From: an uncultured Spirochaetota bacterium
Lineage (GTDB): Bacteria; Spirochaetota; Brevinematia; Brevinematales; JAOACQ01
Length of the DNA stretch: 64,000 nt
NCBI GenBank assembly: GCA_963768055.1
Contig: CAVYGN010000001.1
Location: forward strand, 1,632,001 to 1,696,000
Reading direction: 5' to 3'
A program made the position numbers and the translations under genes. The notes under the pieces are model-generated. The model searched no databases, was not told the DNA's origin, and saw nothing but the letters and a program-made list of their open reading frames with translations. Shown here piece after piece: positions 19,250-29,147 of the stretch; within the stretch, counting starts at the first letter, position 1, and the number at the start of each line of letters is the position of its first letter.

Positions 19250-21433
19250 CTAGTTTGTCAATATAGTTATCCGGCCGTATCCGTAAAACAGGCTGTAAAA
19301 ATAACGGGTCTGGACAATCCTCTTTATATAATCCCTCGATTCTTCGTAATCCAGGCATTCTATCCAGAGTTCGTTATCATATAAGTATTTCTTTTTCCAG
19401 CGGTTTGCGGCGGGTTCTCCCGCATTGTAGGCGGCAAGGGCGCATGGATAGTTGTGGCGGTACTTCCTGAACAGATAATTCAAATGAAAGGCCCCGATTT
19501 CCAGGTTGTCCCTGAAATCATAACAGTCGTATTCTTCCTTCTTCATATTTTTTTTAATGATGTCGGCAGTCGCCGGCATAAGCTGGGCCAGACCCGCGGC
19601 CCCTACGGGAGAGATCGAACTCTTGTTGAAATGGCTTTCCTCCCTGAATACCGAAAGGGACCAGAGAGCGTCGTTGGTGTTTTTTGAAAAAGCCAGAACA
19701 TCGTCGAAATAAAGCAGGGGATACAATGCTTTTTTCAATTTTTCATCCAGGAGAGGATAGTATTCCCTTCCACCGCAGAGTTTCGTTATATAAATGTTGA
19801 GCCTTGCCAGAGCCACACCGTCAAGCCCCAGAGCCCTGTAAAAATCCCCATAGTTTAACGCCGCTTTATATCTGCTGAGAGGGTCCGTAATTCTTCTTTC
19901 AAGGATATTGAAAATCTCATGATTATAGCTGAGCAAACCCCTGTTTACAAAAGAGAACCATTTCATGGGAATGATCCCCGCATCGTCGGAAAAAGTTTTA
20001 CTTAACTCCTCCCGGAAATCATTCTCAAGCCTAGATTTGTCAGTTGAAAATTCCGTATCGTTAAGGGCGGTAAATGAGCTTAGCCTGTCCGCAGGGGCCA
20101 TATGGATATTATTCTTTCTGAAATCGGCTATTTCAGAGTTGTAGATATTGGAAAAGGAGGAACGAAGGCTTGACTCGTAATTTCCCGAAACTATTCCCTC
20201 AAAAGTAAAGGGATGGTATAGATATACCTTAAGGAAGCTTGAATAAGCCGATGAGTTGTCCCCGTCGATCAAATCGAAAAGGGCGTTTACATAAAGAAAA
20301 TATCCGTCGTTTTCATTTTTTTTCAGCATCGCCAGGGCGAAATTCCTGGCCCAAGCCCTGTTATTCTGTAAAAGGATCCTGAAAATCCTCCTGTTGCCGC
20401 CTTCATCGATTCCGCCCTTTAAATCTTTTACCCAGGCGTATAGTTCGTCAGGCTTATGCAATTTATCAAGCACTCTGATCCAATCCGAAGCGAGTTCTAA
20501 AGGGTATTTTTCCATAACCTTCCTGAGTAAAAGATAAGCTTCCCCGTTACGGCCATGTTCCTGGAGAATACTGGAGAAAAACTCCGCAATATCCGCGGTA
20601 TATTTCCCCCGGTTGAATCCGTCGTCAAATAATTTCATCGCCCCGGCAAAATCCCCCTTCCTGCATAAAAGGAAAAGGCGGTTCCGGAATATAAGGTCCT
20701 CGTCGTTGGTATATTGTGCGTATCTATTCAGGAGGTAGCCGGCTTTATCGTCCATATTGAATTTATAAAATACGCCGAGCGAGGGTATCAGCCGGTCGGC
20801 GGGAATTCTGTCCAGATCGTTTTGTCCGATAAGGTTGGTTATCCCGGTAAACACTATGTTGAAATCTTTTTCATCGATGAAATTGAATATATTCGAAAAT
20901 AAATCATGCTTGCCCTGGACGATATACGAAAAAGTCCTGTACATAATTGCGGAGGAATTTGTCTGTTTTAATTTTGCCAGCAGATCGAAATTACCTGTCC
21001 TCCATTCGTACAGGAGATAAATTTTAAAAACATCATCATAGTATATCGATCCCGGATCGAGCCGATTGAAGAGGCCGGTTATGCCCTGATTATTTGTCTG
21101 AAAGGTATTTAAAACGAGAGAAAAGAAATAAATATAATTGTCCCTGAAAAATCCCGATTCGGGAAATATGTTAAAACTGTCGGGTGTGATCTTCGAGAAC
21201 TCCTCCGACGCGTTTTTATAGTCTTTCAGTTCCTGGTAATCCCTCCCGAGAAGATAAATCCCGATGGGAGTTAATGAACTGTTCGTATCAAGCAGCGCAA
21301 TGGACCGGCGGTAACTGCCCTCCTTGTAAAGTTTGAGTGCGTCATCGAAATTATCCGGGTAAATATAGCCGTAAATTAAAAAAAACAATAAGACGACAGG
21401 AAGGGCCTTCATGCAAATCTCGCCAAAGAACAT
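19250..21433 (-). CDS. Soluble lytic transglycosylase (SLT domain) with helical N-terminus
   Basis: REESHF, SPVGAAGLAQLMP.TA, ALAAYNAG, ESRDYIK. Confidence 0.9.
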   Translation of the reverse strand: MFFGEICMKALPVVLLFFLIYGYIYPDNFDDALKLYKEGSYRRSIALLDTNSSLTPIGIYLLGRDYQELKDYKNASEEFSKITPDSFNIFPESGFFRDNYIYFFSLVLNTFQTNNQGITGLFNRLDPGSIYYDDVFKIYLLYEWRTGNFDLLAKLKQTNSSAIMYRTFSYIVQGKHDLFSNIFNFIDEKDFNIVFTGITNLIGQNDLDRIPADRLIPSLGVFYKFNMDDKAGYLLNRYAQYTNDEDLIFRNRLFLLCRKGDFAGAMKLFDDGFNRGKYTADIAEFFSSILQEHGRNGEAYLLLRKVMEKYPLELASDWIRVLDKLHKPDELYAWVKDLKGGIDEGGNRRIFRILLQNNRAWARNFALAMLKKNENDGYFLYVNALFDLIDGDNSSAYSSFLKVYLYHPFTFEGIVSGNYESSLRSSFSNIYNSEIADFRKNNIHMAPADRLSSFTALNDTEFSTDKSRLENDFREELSKTFSDDAGIIPMKWFSFVNRGLLSYNHEIFNILERRITDPLSRYKAALNYGDFYRALGLDGVALARLNIYITKLCGGREYYPLLDEKLKKALYPLLYFDDVLAFSKNTNDALWSLSVFREESHFNKSSISPVGAAGLAQLMPATADIIKKNMKKEEYDCYDFRDNLEIGAFHLNYLFRKYRHNYPCALAAYNAGEPAANRWKKKYLYDNELWIECLDYEESRDYIKRIVQTRYFYSLFYGYGRITILTN

Positions 21434-23013
21434 TAATTCGTTTCGAAAAGCAGGTCTAAGAAACCCCTTTCTACATTGACTTTTTTTACTATAATATTGA
21501 CGCTGTCTCCCAGCGTATACTTTTTCCTGGATTTTTTCCCTACCGCGCAGTAATTCTTTTCATCATAATAATAATAATCGTCATCCATATCGCCGTACCT
21601 GACCAGGCCTTCTACGCCGAACATCTTGATCTGTACAAAAATTCCGAACGATGAAACGCCGGTGATCATGCCGTCGAATTTTTTATTGACCTTACCCTCC
21701 ATAAAGCGTATGGATTTTATCTTGTAAAAATCCCTTTCGGATTCCATGGCGACCCTTTCCATAGTTGAAATATGATCGGCGATTTTTCTTAATTCGTCCT
21801 CGCTGTATTCGGAATTGGGCGCTTTATCCTTCATAATTGAATTCTTGATAAGCCTGTGAACGATAAGGTCGGCATAGCGCCGTATAGGGGATGTAAAATG
21901 TGTATAGAATTCGAAGCCCAGGCCGAAATGGCCTATATTGTCGGTATCGTACCTGGCCTGCTGCATGGAACGAAGTAGAAGCTGGCTGACAAGTTCCTTG
22001 TGAGGTTTATTCTTCGATTCGTCAAGGACCCTCTGGAGTTCCAGGGGCGAGGGAATAGGCACTCCGTAAATTTTATGGCCTAGTTTAAGAGCCAGCCTTA
22101 CAAAATCCTGGATTTTTTCAGGGGTCGGTTCGCTGTGGATCCTGTATATCGATTTGCCTTTTTCGGCGAGGAATTTCGCGGTCGTCTGATTCGCTACAAG
22201 CATGAATTCCTCTATGATCCTTTCCGAGTTCAGGCGGTCCTTCAGCCAGAATTTAACCGGTTCGCTGTTTTCATCCAGAACGCATTTCTGTTCCCTGAAA
22301 TCAAGGTCGATGGCCCCTTCCCTGATCCTTTTTTTATATAATATCTGATATAGCTCGTTCATTTCGGATAAACTTTTCCTTAGTTCAGGCGAGGGATATT
22401 CCTCCCTGCCGTCCAGATAGTCCTGTACTTTCTCATAGGTAAGCCTATAACTTGTATGTATCACGGATTCATGCAGAGAATATTTAGTTACAGCCCCGTT
22501 TGTATCTATATCCATTATAATTGAGAGGGTAAGCCTGTCTTCACCGGGATTAAGACTGCAGATACCGTTTGAAAGCTTTTCCGGGAACATTGGAACGACC
22601 CTGGTAATAAAATAAAAGCTGTTGGCTCTTTTCTGAGCTTCCCTATCCAGGTGGGAACCCTTGCGGACATAATAAGAGACGTCGGCGATGTGGACCCCTA
22701 ATTTCCAGCCCCCGGCCGTTTTTTCGATAGATACGGCATCGTCAAGGTCCTTGGCATCGGCTCCGTCTATGGTAAACACCATACTCCGGCGCAAGTCGAG
22801 ACGCCTGCCTGTTTCCGGGAGTTCGATACCGGCAGGGATCGACTCCGATTCCTTCAGGGCATTCTGGGGAAAGTTTTCTCTGATCCTGTATTTTTCTAAT
22901 ATCGAATTAAAATCTTCCGCAGCGGATGATTTTTTCCTTTTTTCCATGAACCGTTTATCTACCGGGGTTCCATCCGCTCTCATTTTACCCTTTTTTTCAT
23001 TCCGAAGCGCCAA
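21433..23013 (-). CDS. rnr: Ribonuclease R / RNase II family exoribonuclease (short N-terminus)
   Basis: TIDGADAKDLDDA, HIADVS, HFTSPIRRYADL, C-terminal S1 domain. Confidence 0.9.
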   Translation of the reverse strand: MALRNEKKGKMRADGTPVDKRFMEKRKKSSAAEDFNSILEKYRIRENFPQNALKESESIPAGIELPETGRRLDLRRSMVFTIDGADAKDLDDAVSIEKTAGGWKLGVHIADVSYYVRKGSHLDREAQKRANSFYFITRVVPMFPEKLSNGICSLNPGEDRLTLSIIMDIDTNGAVTKYSLHESVIHTSYRLTYEKVQDYLDGREEYPSPELRKSLSEMNELYQILYKKRIREGAIDLDFREQKCVLDENSEPVKFWLKDRLNSERIIEEFMLVANQTTAKFLAEKGKSIYRIHSEPTPEKIQDFVRLALKLGHKIYGVPIPSPLELQRVLDESKNKPHKELVSQLLLRSMQQARYDTDNIGHFGLGFEFYTHFTSPIRRYADLIVHRLIKNSIMKDKAPNSEYSEDELRKIADHISTMERVAMESERDFYKIKSIRFMEGKVNKKFDGMITGVSSFGIFVQIKMFGVEGLVRYGDMDDDYYYYDEKNYCAVGKKSRKKYTLGDSVNIIVKKVNVERGFLDLLFETN

Positions 23014-23025
23014 TTTTATCTCCTG

Positions 23026-23358
23026 TCAGTCTATGATATCGATGATATTTCCTTTGCCTTCTTCTTTGGGCGCGGGCTTGTAAGGCTCTTTCTCCTGGTT
23101 GCCCTTTTTCCTCTTTTCCTTCAGACCGGCTTTTTCGCCCTTTTTTCTTTCGCCGGATTCGGGGTTTATCTTATTAAAATCCGCTGAATACTGTTCCATA
23201 TTTTTGACTTTAACATTCGTCTCATTGGATTCTACACGGTTCTTTTCATAGCTCATCATCTGGCCGCTCTGGGCGGCGTTAGTATGGCGTGCTATATTTT
23301 CAGAATGTTCGGGGACTTTTGAAAAAAGAACCTGAAGATCAATAGGTAATACGCTCAT
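23026..23358 (-). CDS. Hypothetical protein
   Basis: Intact 110-aa ORF with GAGG RBS, co-oriented between rnpB and rnr. Confidence 0.7.
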   Translation of the reverse strand: MSVLPIDLQVLFSKVPEHSENIARHTNAAQSGQMMSYEKNRVESNETNVKVKNMEQYSADFNKINPESGERKKGEKAGLKEKRKKGNQEKEPYKPAPKEEGKGNIIDIID

Positions 23359-23373
23359 AGGCGCCTCTTATTG

Positions 23374-23753
23374 AAAGCAGGCTTGTAAGCCGGGTTCTGT
23401 TACGGGAAACATCTATCTTGATTTATTCTTACGAATAAATTCCAGCGGTTTACCCGCACTCCAAACCGCAAAGCCGCGGCAGAGGAATGCCTATTTAACC
23501 TTGCATACGAGGGGGCTTGCCATGCCGGACAGCTTATGCCGTCCGCGGTGGTCTCTTAAACCGCCTTTTCACCCTTATCTCCGACCAGTAAACCGGTCAG
23601 AGACGGTATATTTTCTGTGGCGCTTTCCATCCCCGCCATTTTTTTGGACGGGGTCCGGCTCTTAACCGGCCTCCTGCTTTTCTATGCCCGGACTTTCCTC
23701 TTCGCACCTTTTTGTAATCCAAAGCAGTGCGAAGCGTTTCCCCAGCCTGCTTT
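23374..23753 (-). ncRNA. rnpB: RNase P RNA
   Basis: Minus strand has GAGGAAAGTCCGGGC (~23700) and ACAGAACCCGGCTTAC (~23400); terminal AAAGCAGGCT/AGCCTGCTTT forms the P1 helix. Confidence 0.95.
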
Positions 23754-23798
23754 ACCTATATTATATATTGCTATTTAAAAGCTCTTTTGTCAAGTCTT

Positions 23799-24722
23799 TC
23801 ACTGCATAGCCGGACGGGCGGGATAATTTACAAAAGCGATTTCTTTTACGCTTAAGGCCGGATACAATTCCATTACGTTAAGGTTTCTTTTGCCATGCCT
23901 GATCTCAAGATATACTCCGCTATCGTTTGATTCTACAATCCCCGCGCTGCCGATCTCCTGCTCCTCGGAAACCGCTTCTCCCTCACCCACCTTTCTTTCG
24001 CCAAGATAACCGTAAACGGCGAAAAGATCGTCCCCGTAATCGATGATAATAACATTATTGTATCCGTTCATCCTGCCTGAAAACCTGACTATGCCTTTCT
24101 GAATGCTTTTAATCTTCGTATCTTTATTTAAGAATACGATCACTCCCCTTCCCTTGTTCCTGACCTGTTTTACCTCACCCAGATCGGCGGGAGGGAGAAA
24201 TTTTTTGTCTTTTATTTTGTTGCTGTCTTTAGAGATTATCTCGTTTGTCCGGAAATTCGGTCTTCTTGTAATGAAATATTCGGAATACTCTCTTGATTTG
24301 TTCTGTAAAGGTTTAGCCTGTAAAGGATTATTCATATTGTTTTTTATAATTGGAAGCGATAATACCTGTCCTTCATTAAGATTGCCGTCATAGAGTTTAT
24401 TGATCTTTTTTACAATTTCGGATTTGACACCGTAATCACGCGTTATCTTTGAAAGGTTGTCGCCCTTCCTGACTACATATCTGATCATCCTATCAGGTAT
24501 AGTAAGCACCTGGCCCTGCATTATTTTGCCTGCCCGGGAAAAGTTTATGGAAGAGATGACATCGCATGGAACATTGAATTTTTTTGAAATGCTCCACAAT
24601 GTATCCGATTTTTTTACCCTATATTCAAGAGCATGGCCCTGAATAGCTATAATGATAAAAATAATAAAAAGGGTGAAATTGCGATAAAAATGAATAATAT
24701 CAGCCCCCTTGTCAATATACAC
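23799..24722 (-). CDS. LysM-repeat protein with M23-like domain (catalytic motifs look degenerate)
   Basis: Two LysM units (YRVKKSDTLWSIS, YVVRKGDNLSKI); C-terminal GIVRFSG..NGYNNVIII...LEIR; start uncertain. Confidence 0.8.
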   Translation of the reverse strand: MYIDKGADIIHFYRNFTLFIIFIIIAIQGHALEYRVKKSDTLWSISKKFNVPCDVISSINFSRAGKIMQGQVLTIPDRMIRYVVRKGDNLSKITRDYGVKSEIVKKINKLYDGNLNEGQVLSLPIIKNNMNNPLQAKPLQNKSREYSEYFITRRPNFRTNEIISKDSNKIKDKKFLPPADLGEVKQVRNKGRGVIVFLNKDTKIKSIQKGIVRFSGRMNGYNNVIIIDYGDDLFAVYGYLGERKVGEGEAVSEEQEIGSAGIVESNDSGVYLEIRHGKRNLNVMELYPALSVKEIAFVNYPARPAMQ

Positions 24723-24766
24723 ATAATTGTCGGTAACTGACAGCCGGTTCTGAACCTATAACAAAA

Positions 24767-24800
24767 TCGGCTCCACCTCCTATAAAGGGGCGGAGCCGAT
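24767..24800. terminator. Hairpin, probable terminator downstream of the ABC ATPase gene
   Basis: ATCGGCTCC...GGAGCCGAT stem; T-run follows on the minus strand. Confidence 0.55.
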
Positions 24801-24814
24801 GTATAAACGACTTC

Positions 24815-24949
24815 TTAAGGGCGGTTCCAAAAGCTCAACTCTTCAAAAATTTAAAAAATTGAAGCTAATAATTCCGCCCTATGGGCCCTACCTTGCTGCC
24901 CCAAAGGGCTTGTCCCCGTAAGGGGGGCAGTTTTTAGAAGGGCCCTTAA
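24815..24949. mobile_element. MITE-like repeat copy 1
   Basis: TTAA-GGGCGGTTC...GAAGGGCCC-TTAA; right half nearly identical to 46185-46321. Confidence 0.7.
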
Positions 24950-24955
24950 GTATTT

Positions 24956-26062
24956 TCAGATAATAGACATCTCGGTTTCATTATCGAACAAATGAGCATT
25001 TTTAAGATCGAATATGAAATTAACATTCGTGTCGCCTATATGAAGAACGACCGACGGATCATACTTCGCGGTAAACGAAGTATTTGAGGTTGAGAAGAAT
25101 ATATGTTCTTCCGAACCGAGATGTTCGACGATTTCCACGTTGCCGACCCCGATATTGTTGTCAAGCTGGCTGTGGAATGTCGTTTTATCGTAAATATCCT
25201 CCGGCCTGATGCCGAATGTAGCATCTTTATTGATATAAGCCCTGGCTTTGTCAAGGAATTGGCCGGGCAATTTCATCTGAAAGTCCTTGAAATCGGCCCA
25301 AAGAGCGCCATGTTTTTCGGATAAAGTCACATTGAAAAAATTCATAGGCGGCGTACCTATGAAACCGGCTACGAACTTATTGATAGGATTCGAATATACT
25401 TCCATCGGGGAACCTATCTGCTGAATGAGCTGATTGTTCATAACCACGATTTTTGTTCCCATTGTCATAGCTTCAAGCTGGTCATGCGTAACATAAATCG
25501 AAGTAACTTTCAGTTTCGCATGGAGCTTGATAAGCTCGGCCCTCATCTGGACCCTGAGCTTCGCATCAAGGTTAGAAAGGGGTTCGTCGAACAGGAACAC
25601 TTTGGGTCTTCTCGTGATGACTCTTCCTATAGCAACTCTCTGTTTCTGACCGCCCGAAAGGGCCCTGGGTTTTCTCTTGAGATAATCGGTTATGTTTAGA
25701 GTCGTAGCTGCGTCCATTACTCTTTTTTTGATCTCTTCCTTGGGATAGTTCCTGAGCCTGAGTCCGAACGCCATATTTTCTTCAACAGTCATGTGGGGGT
25801 AAAGAGCATAGTTCTGGAAAACCATCGCTATGTCCCTGTCTTTAGGCTGCTTGTTATTGACAAGCACATTGTCGATAAAGATCTCGCCCTCGGAAATTTC
25901 TTCAAGGCCGGCGAGCATTCTCAGGGTTGTGGACTTGCCGCAGCCGGAAGGTCCGACAAGAATGACGAATTCCCTGTCCTTGATCTCGAGGTTAACGTCT
26001 TTAACCGCAACAACACCTCCTTCATAAACTTTAGTGACGTGTTTAAACAACACTTCAGCCAT
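24956..26062 (-). CDS. Sugar ABC transporter ATP-binding protein (MsmX/UgpC-like)
   Basis: GPSGCGKST, VFQNYALYPHM, LSGGQKQR, FDEPLSNLDAKLR, TOBE tail; no permease nearby. Confidence 0.95.
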   Translation of the reverse strand: MAEVLFKHVTKVYEGGVVAVKDVNLEIKDREFVILVGPSGCGKSTTLRMLAGLEEISEGEIFIDNVLVNNKQPKDRDIAMVFQNYALYPHMTVEENMAFGLRLRNYPKEEIKKRVMDAATTLNITDYLKRKPRALSGGQKQRVAIGRVITRRPKVFLFDEPLSNLDAKLRVQMRAELIKLHAKLKVTSIYVTHDQLEAMTMGTKIVVMNNQLIQQIGSPMEVYSNPINKFVAGFIGTPPMNFFNVTLSEKHGALWADFKDFQMKLPGQFLDKARAYINKDATFGIRPEDIYDKTTFHSQLDNNIGVGNVEIVEHLGSEEHIFFSTSNTSFTAKYDPSVVLHIGDTNVNFIFDLKNAHLFDNETEMSII

Positions 26063-26466
26063 CTGTATCCTCCTAATTTTTTTTAATAGAATTTAAGGCA
26101 TATTACTAATTTTACAATCAATATTTTAAAGGGAAAAACAAAATGGTCAATATTTTAACAGTAAAAAATAAATTATATTATTATAAATCATTAATGCCTC
26201 AATAATCAACACTTTAAATGAAATATTGCAAAATAATTATCATTTTCTGCTGAAAAATGCATTTCAACCGCGAAGAGTCCGGTGGGGATGGCTGGGAAGC
26301 CGGCGGCCAAAAACGGTCCCTTTCATACCTTTTTACATTGACAAAAAACCGGCTCTTTTATAAGATATTTGAGGGCGCTTCTAATCCTTCGGCCCTGCGG
26401 GCACCTTCGGCACCCTTACAGGCGCCTTCGGCCCTTCGGATAGGAAGCTCCCATAGAGAGGTTCCC

Positions 26467-27723
26467 ATGGCCGCTGGAGTCTTCAGTCTCATCCGGTTCA
26501 GGAAAGGGGCTTATATTCTTATGGAAGGTCAGCCCGAAAATAAAGATTTCTATATAATCAAAAATGGGGCGGTCAGGGTAAGCAGTACGATCAATTTCTC
26601 GGAAAAACAATCTAAAGACGGTACTGTAGTCCTTAATCCCGGAGATTTCTTCGGTGTAATTTCCTGTATGGCAAGGCGTCCCAATCTGGAAACGGTTTCA
26701 GCCGAAGAAGAAACCATGGCTGTAGCAGTACCCAGTAATAAATTCGGCCTATTGATTGAAAATAGTCCGGCTATAGCAATGAAAATCATCCGTTATTTCA
26801 GCCGCCTGCTGAGATATTACGACTCTTTTTTATCAGGAATGATTTCTAAAACCTCCTTACCGGGTATTGATGAGGACTGTCCGGACAGCTTGTTCCAGCT
26901 TGGAGAATATTTCTTAAAAAAAGGGAATCCTCCGTATGCCGGCTACGCATATCTTCAATTCATCAGTGCGCTGCCGGACAGCCCGAACTGCGACAGGGCA
27001 AGGGAAAGGCTGCAGAAGATAGATAAATCATCCATAAAAATCTCTCCTAAAAAAGATGGAAATATCTTCATTTATGACAGCAAGCAGGTAATATTCCTTC
27101 AGGGTGAAACCGGCCATGCCCTGTATGTGATCCAGGAAGGCGAGGTAAAAATTACAAGATTTTACAACGACCAGGAGATACTGTTAGGGGTCCTGAAAAA
27201 AGGAGATATTTTTGGAGAAATGGCTATTCTGGAAGATAAGCCGAGAAATGCAAACGCTTTTGCCAACGACGGGCTTAAATTAATGCTTATCACAAAACAG
27301 AATTTCGATTTTGTCGTTCATAATTATCCGCAGATTGCTACAAAAATTATTGAAATGCTTTCGGACAGGATCTGGATCATATACCGCCAGATGATCAACA
27401 TGCTTATAACAAATCCCGAAACCAAGTTATACGATGCATTATACACACAGCTTCTGAAAAACAGGGTATCCCTTGGGAAAAGGCCCTACACTTTCGATTT
27501 CGGAGCCGAGGATCTTCTGAAATTCTCCGGGATGCTGGATGAAGAAGGCTGGGCAATGTGGAAAAACCTCAAGCAGAGCGATAGAGATATCGGCGTTTCA
27601 CCCGAAGGGAAAATAGTATATGAGGATATTTCGCATATCGAGCACAAGATCAATAAAATCCTCAGGCAGAGGGAAATAAATGAAAACTTGATGTCAAAAG
27701 CCCAGGAAGACGGGGGGCTTTGA
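26467..27723 (+). CDS. Tandem cyclic-nucleotide-binding domain protein (Crp/Fnr-like) with central TPR-like helices
   Basis: Two cNMP domains (PGDFFGVIS; KGDIFGEMA..PRNANA); start taken as ATG 26467 after GAGAGG. Confidence 0.8.
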   Translation: MAAGVFSLIRFRKGAYILMEGQPENKDFYIIKNGAVRVSSTINFSEKQSKDGTVVLNPGDFFGVISCMARRPNLETVSAEEETMAVAVPSNKFGLLIENSPAIAMKIIRYFSRLLRYYDSFLSGMISKTSLPGIDEDCPDSLFQLGEYFLKKGNPPYAGYAYLQFISALPDSPNCDRARERLQKIDKSSIKISPKKDGNIFIYDSKQVIFLQGETGHALYVIQEGEVKITRFYNDQEILLGVLKKGDIFGEMAILEDKPRNANAFANDGLKLMLITKQNFDFVVHNYPQIATKIIEMLSDRIWIIYRQMINMLITNPETKLYDALYTQLLKNRVSLGKRPYTFDFGAEDLLKFSGMLDEEGWAMWKNLKQSDRDIGVSPEGKIVYEDISHIEHKINKILRQREINENLMSKAQEDGGL

Positions 27724-29147
27724 TGGGCGTCTATAACAATCCGCTTGAAACAAGGTATGCGTCAGCTGAAATGCTGGAGCTTTTTTCGGAAGAAACGAAG
27801 TTCCTGACATGGCGGGACTGCTGGATCGCCCTGGCAGAGGTTGAAAAAAAACTCGGGCTCAATATTACTTCCGGACAACTGGAAGACCTCCGGGTTAACA
27901 GGAGCAATCTAAATATTGAAAGAGCCAGGGAGATTGAAAAAGAGATCCATCATGATGTGATGAGCCATATCCGGGCTTACGGAGAAGCCGCTCCCAGCGC
28001 AGGGGGTATTTTACACCTCGGAGCTACTTCGGCCTTTGTGACTGATAATACCGATATGATAATTTTCAGGAAAGCCCTGTTCCTGGTAAAAAAACGCCTG
28101 GTTACCCTGATCGGGACATTGAAAAACAAGTGCATGGAATACAAGGGATTACCGGTGCTGGGGTACACCCATCTCCAGCCTGCACAGCCTACGACCCTCG
28201 GCAAGCGCTTCAGTCTCTGGCTGTACGACCTCTTTCTCGACTTTAACGAACTTGAACGCCTCATATCCGGACTTACAGCGCTCGGGGTTAAAGGAACAAC
28301 CGGCACACAGGCGAGTTTTATGGAACTCTTCGATAATAACGACGAAAAGGTAAAACAGCTCGATAAACTTGTTGCGAAGAAATTGGGTTTTAAAAAAAGT
28401 ATACCGGTCAGCGGCCAGACGCTGACAAGAAAATACGATGTCCGGATCCTGGAAGTCCTTTCCGGTATCGCCCAGTCGGCTCACCGTGCGGCTAACGACA
28501 TTAGAATGCTCCAGCATAGTTCGCAGCTCGAAGAACCTTTCGATAAAAAACAGGTCGGATCTTCCGCAATGCCTTATAAACGGAATCCTATCCTTGCCGA
28601 AAGGATGACTTCCCTTGCGCGTTATCTTATGAACGACGTTCAGAACGCCGTATATACCTATTCATGCCAGTTCCTCGAAAGAACGCTCGATGATTCGGCT
28701 AACCGCCGTATTTCCATGGCCGAGGGCTTTCTCGCCGCGGATTCAATCCTGATCATATACCAGAAATTGATCGGCGGGCTTAATGTTTATCCTGAAGTCA
28801 TAAAAGCCCATCTCAAGAACAATCTCCCGTTTTTCGCAACGGAAAATATTTTAATGAAAGCGGTTAAAAAAGGAGGCGACAGGCAGGAACTCCATGAAGC
28901 CGTACGCTCTTTCGCAATGAAAGCTGTCGAAGCGGCAAGAAAAGGACTGCATTACGACATGCTCTCCGAGATGAAAAATAGCGGCATGTTCAAATTGACG
29001 GATAAAGAATGGAATACCGTTTCAGATTACAGCATTTATACAGGAAGGGCTGAAAAACAGGTGGAAGAATTCGTCAGTGAATACATCGACCCTATTTTGA
29101 ATGAAAATAAAGATTTTCTAGGTTCGAAAGCCGAGATACGGGTCTGA
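27723..29147 (+). CDS. purB: Adenylosuccinate lyase
   Basis: HDVMSH, HLGATS, GYTHLQPAQ, GSSAMPYKRNP. Confidence 0.95.
   Translation: MGVYNNPLETRYASAEMLELFSEETKFLTWRDCWIALAEVEKKLGLNITSGQLEDLRVNRSNLNIERAREIEKEIHHDVMSHIRAYGEAAPSAGGILHLGATSAFVTDNTDMIIFRKALFLVKKRLVTLIGTLKNKCMEYKGLPVLGYTHLQPAQPTTLGKRFSLWLYDLFLDFNELERLISGLTALGVKGTTGTQASFMELFDNNDEKVKQLDKLVAKKLGFKKSIPVSGQTLTRKYDVRILEVLSGIAQSAHRAANDIRMLQHSSQLEEPFDKKQVGSSAMPYKRNPILAERMTSLARYLMNDVQNAVYTYSCQFLERTLDDSANRRISMAEGFLAADSILIIYQKLIGGLNVYPEVIKAHLKNNLPFFATENILMKAVKKGGDRQELHEAVRSFAMKAVEAARKGLHYDMLSEMKNSGMFKLTDKEWNTVSDYSIYTGRAEKQVEEFVSEYIDPILNENKDFLGSKAEIRV

Noticed and set aside
26385..26440. Short CCTTCGG repeats and the 70-aa N-terminal extension of ORF 26257
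   Set aside because: Low-complexity repeats in a probable 5' UTR; the better start is ATG 26467. No function can be supported.
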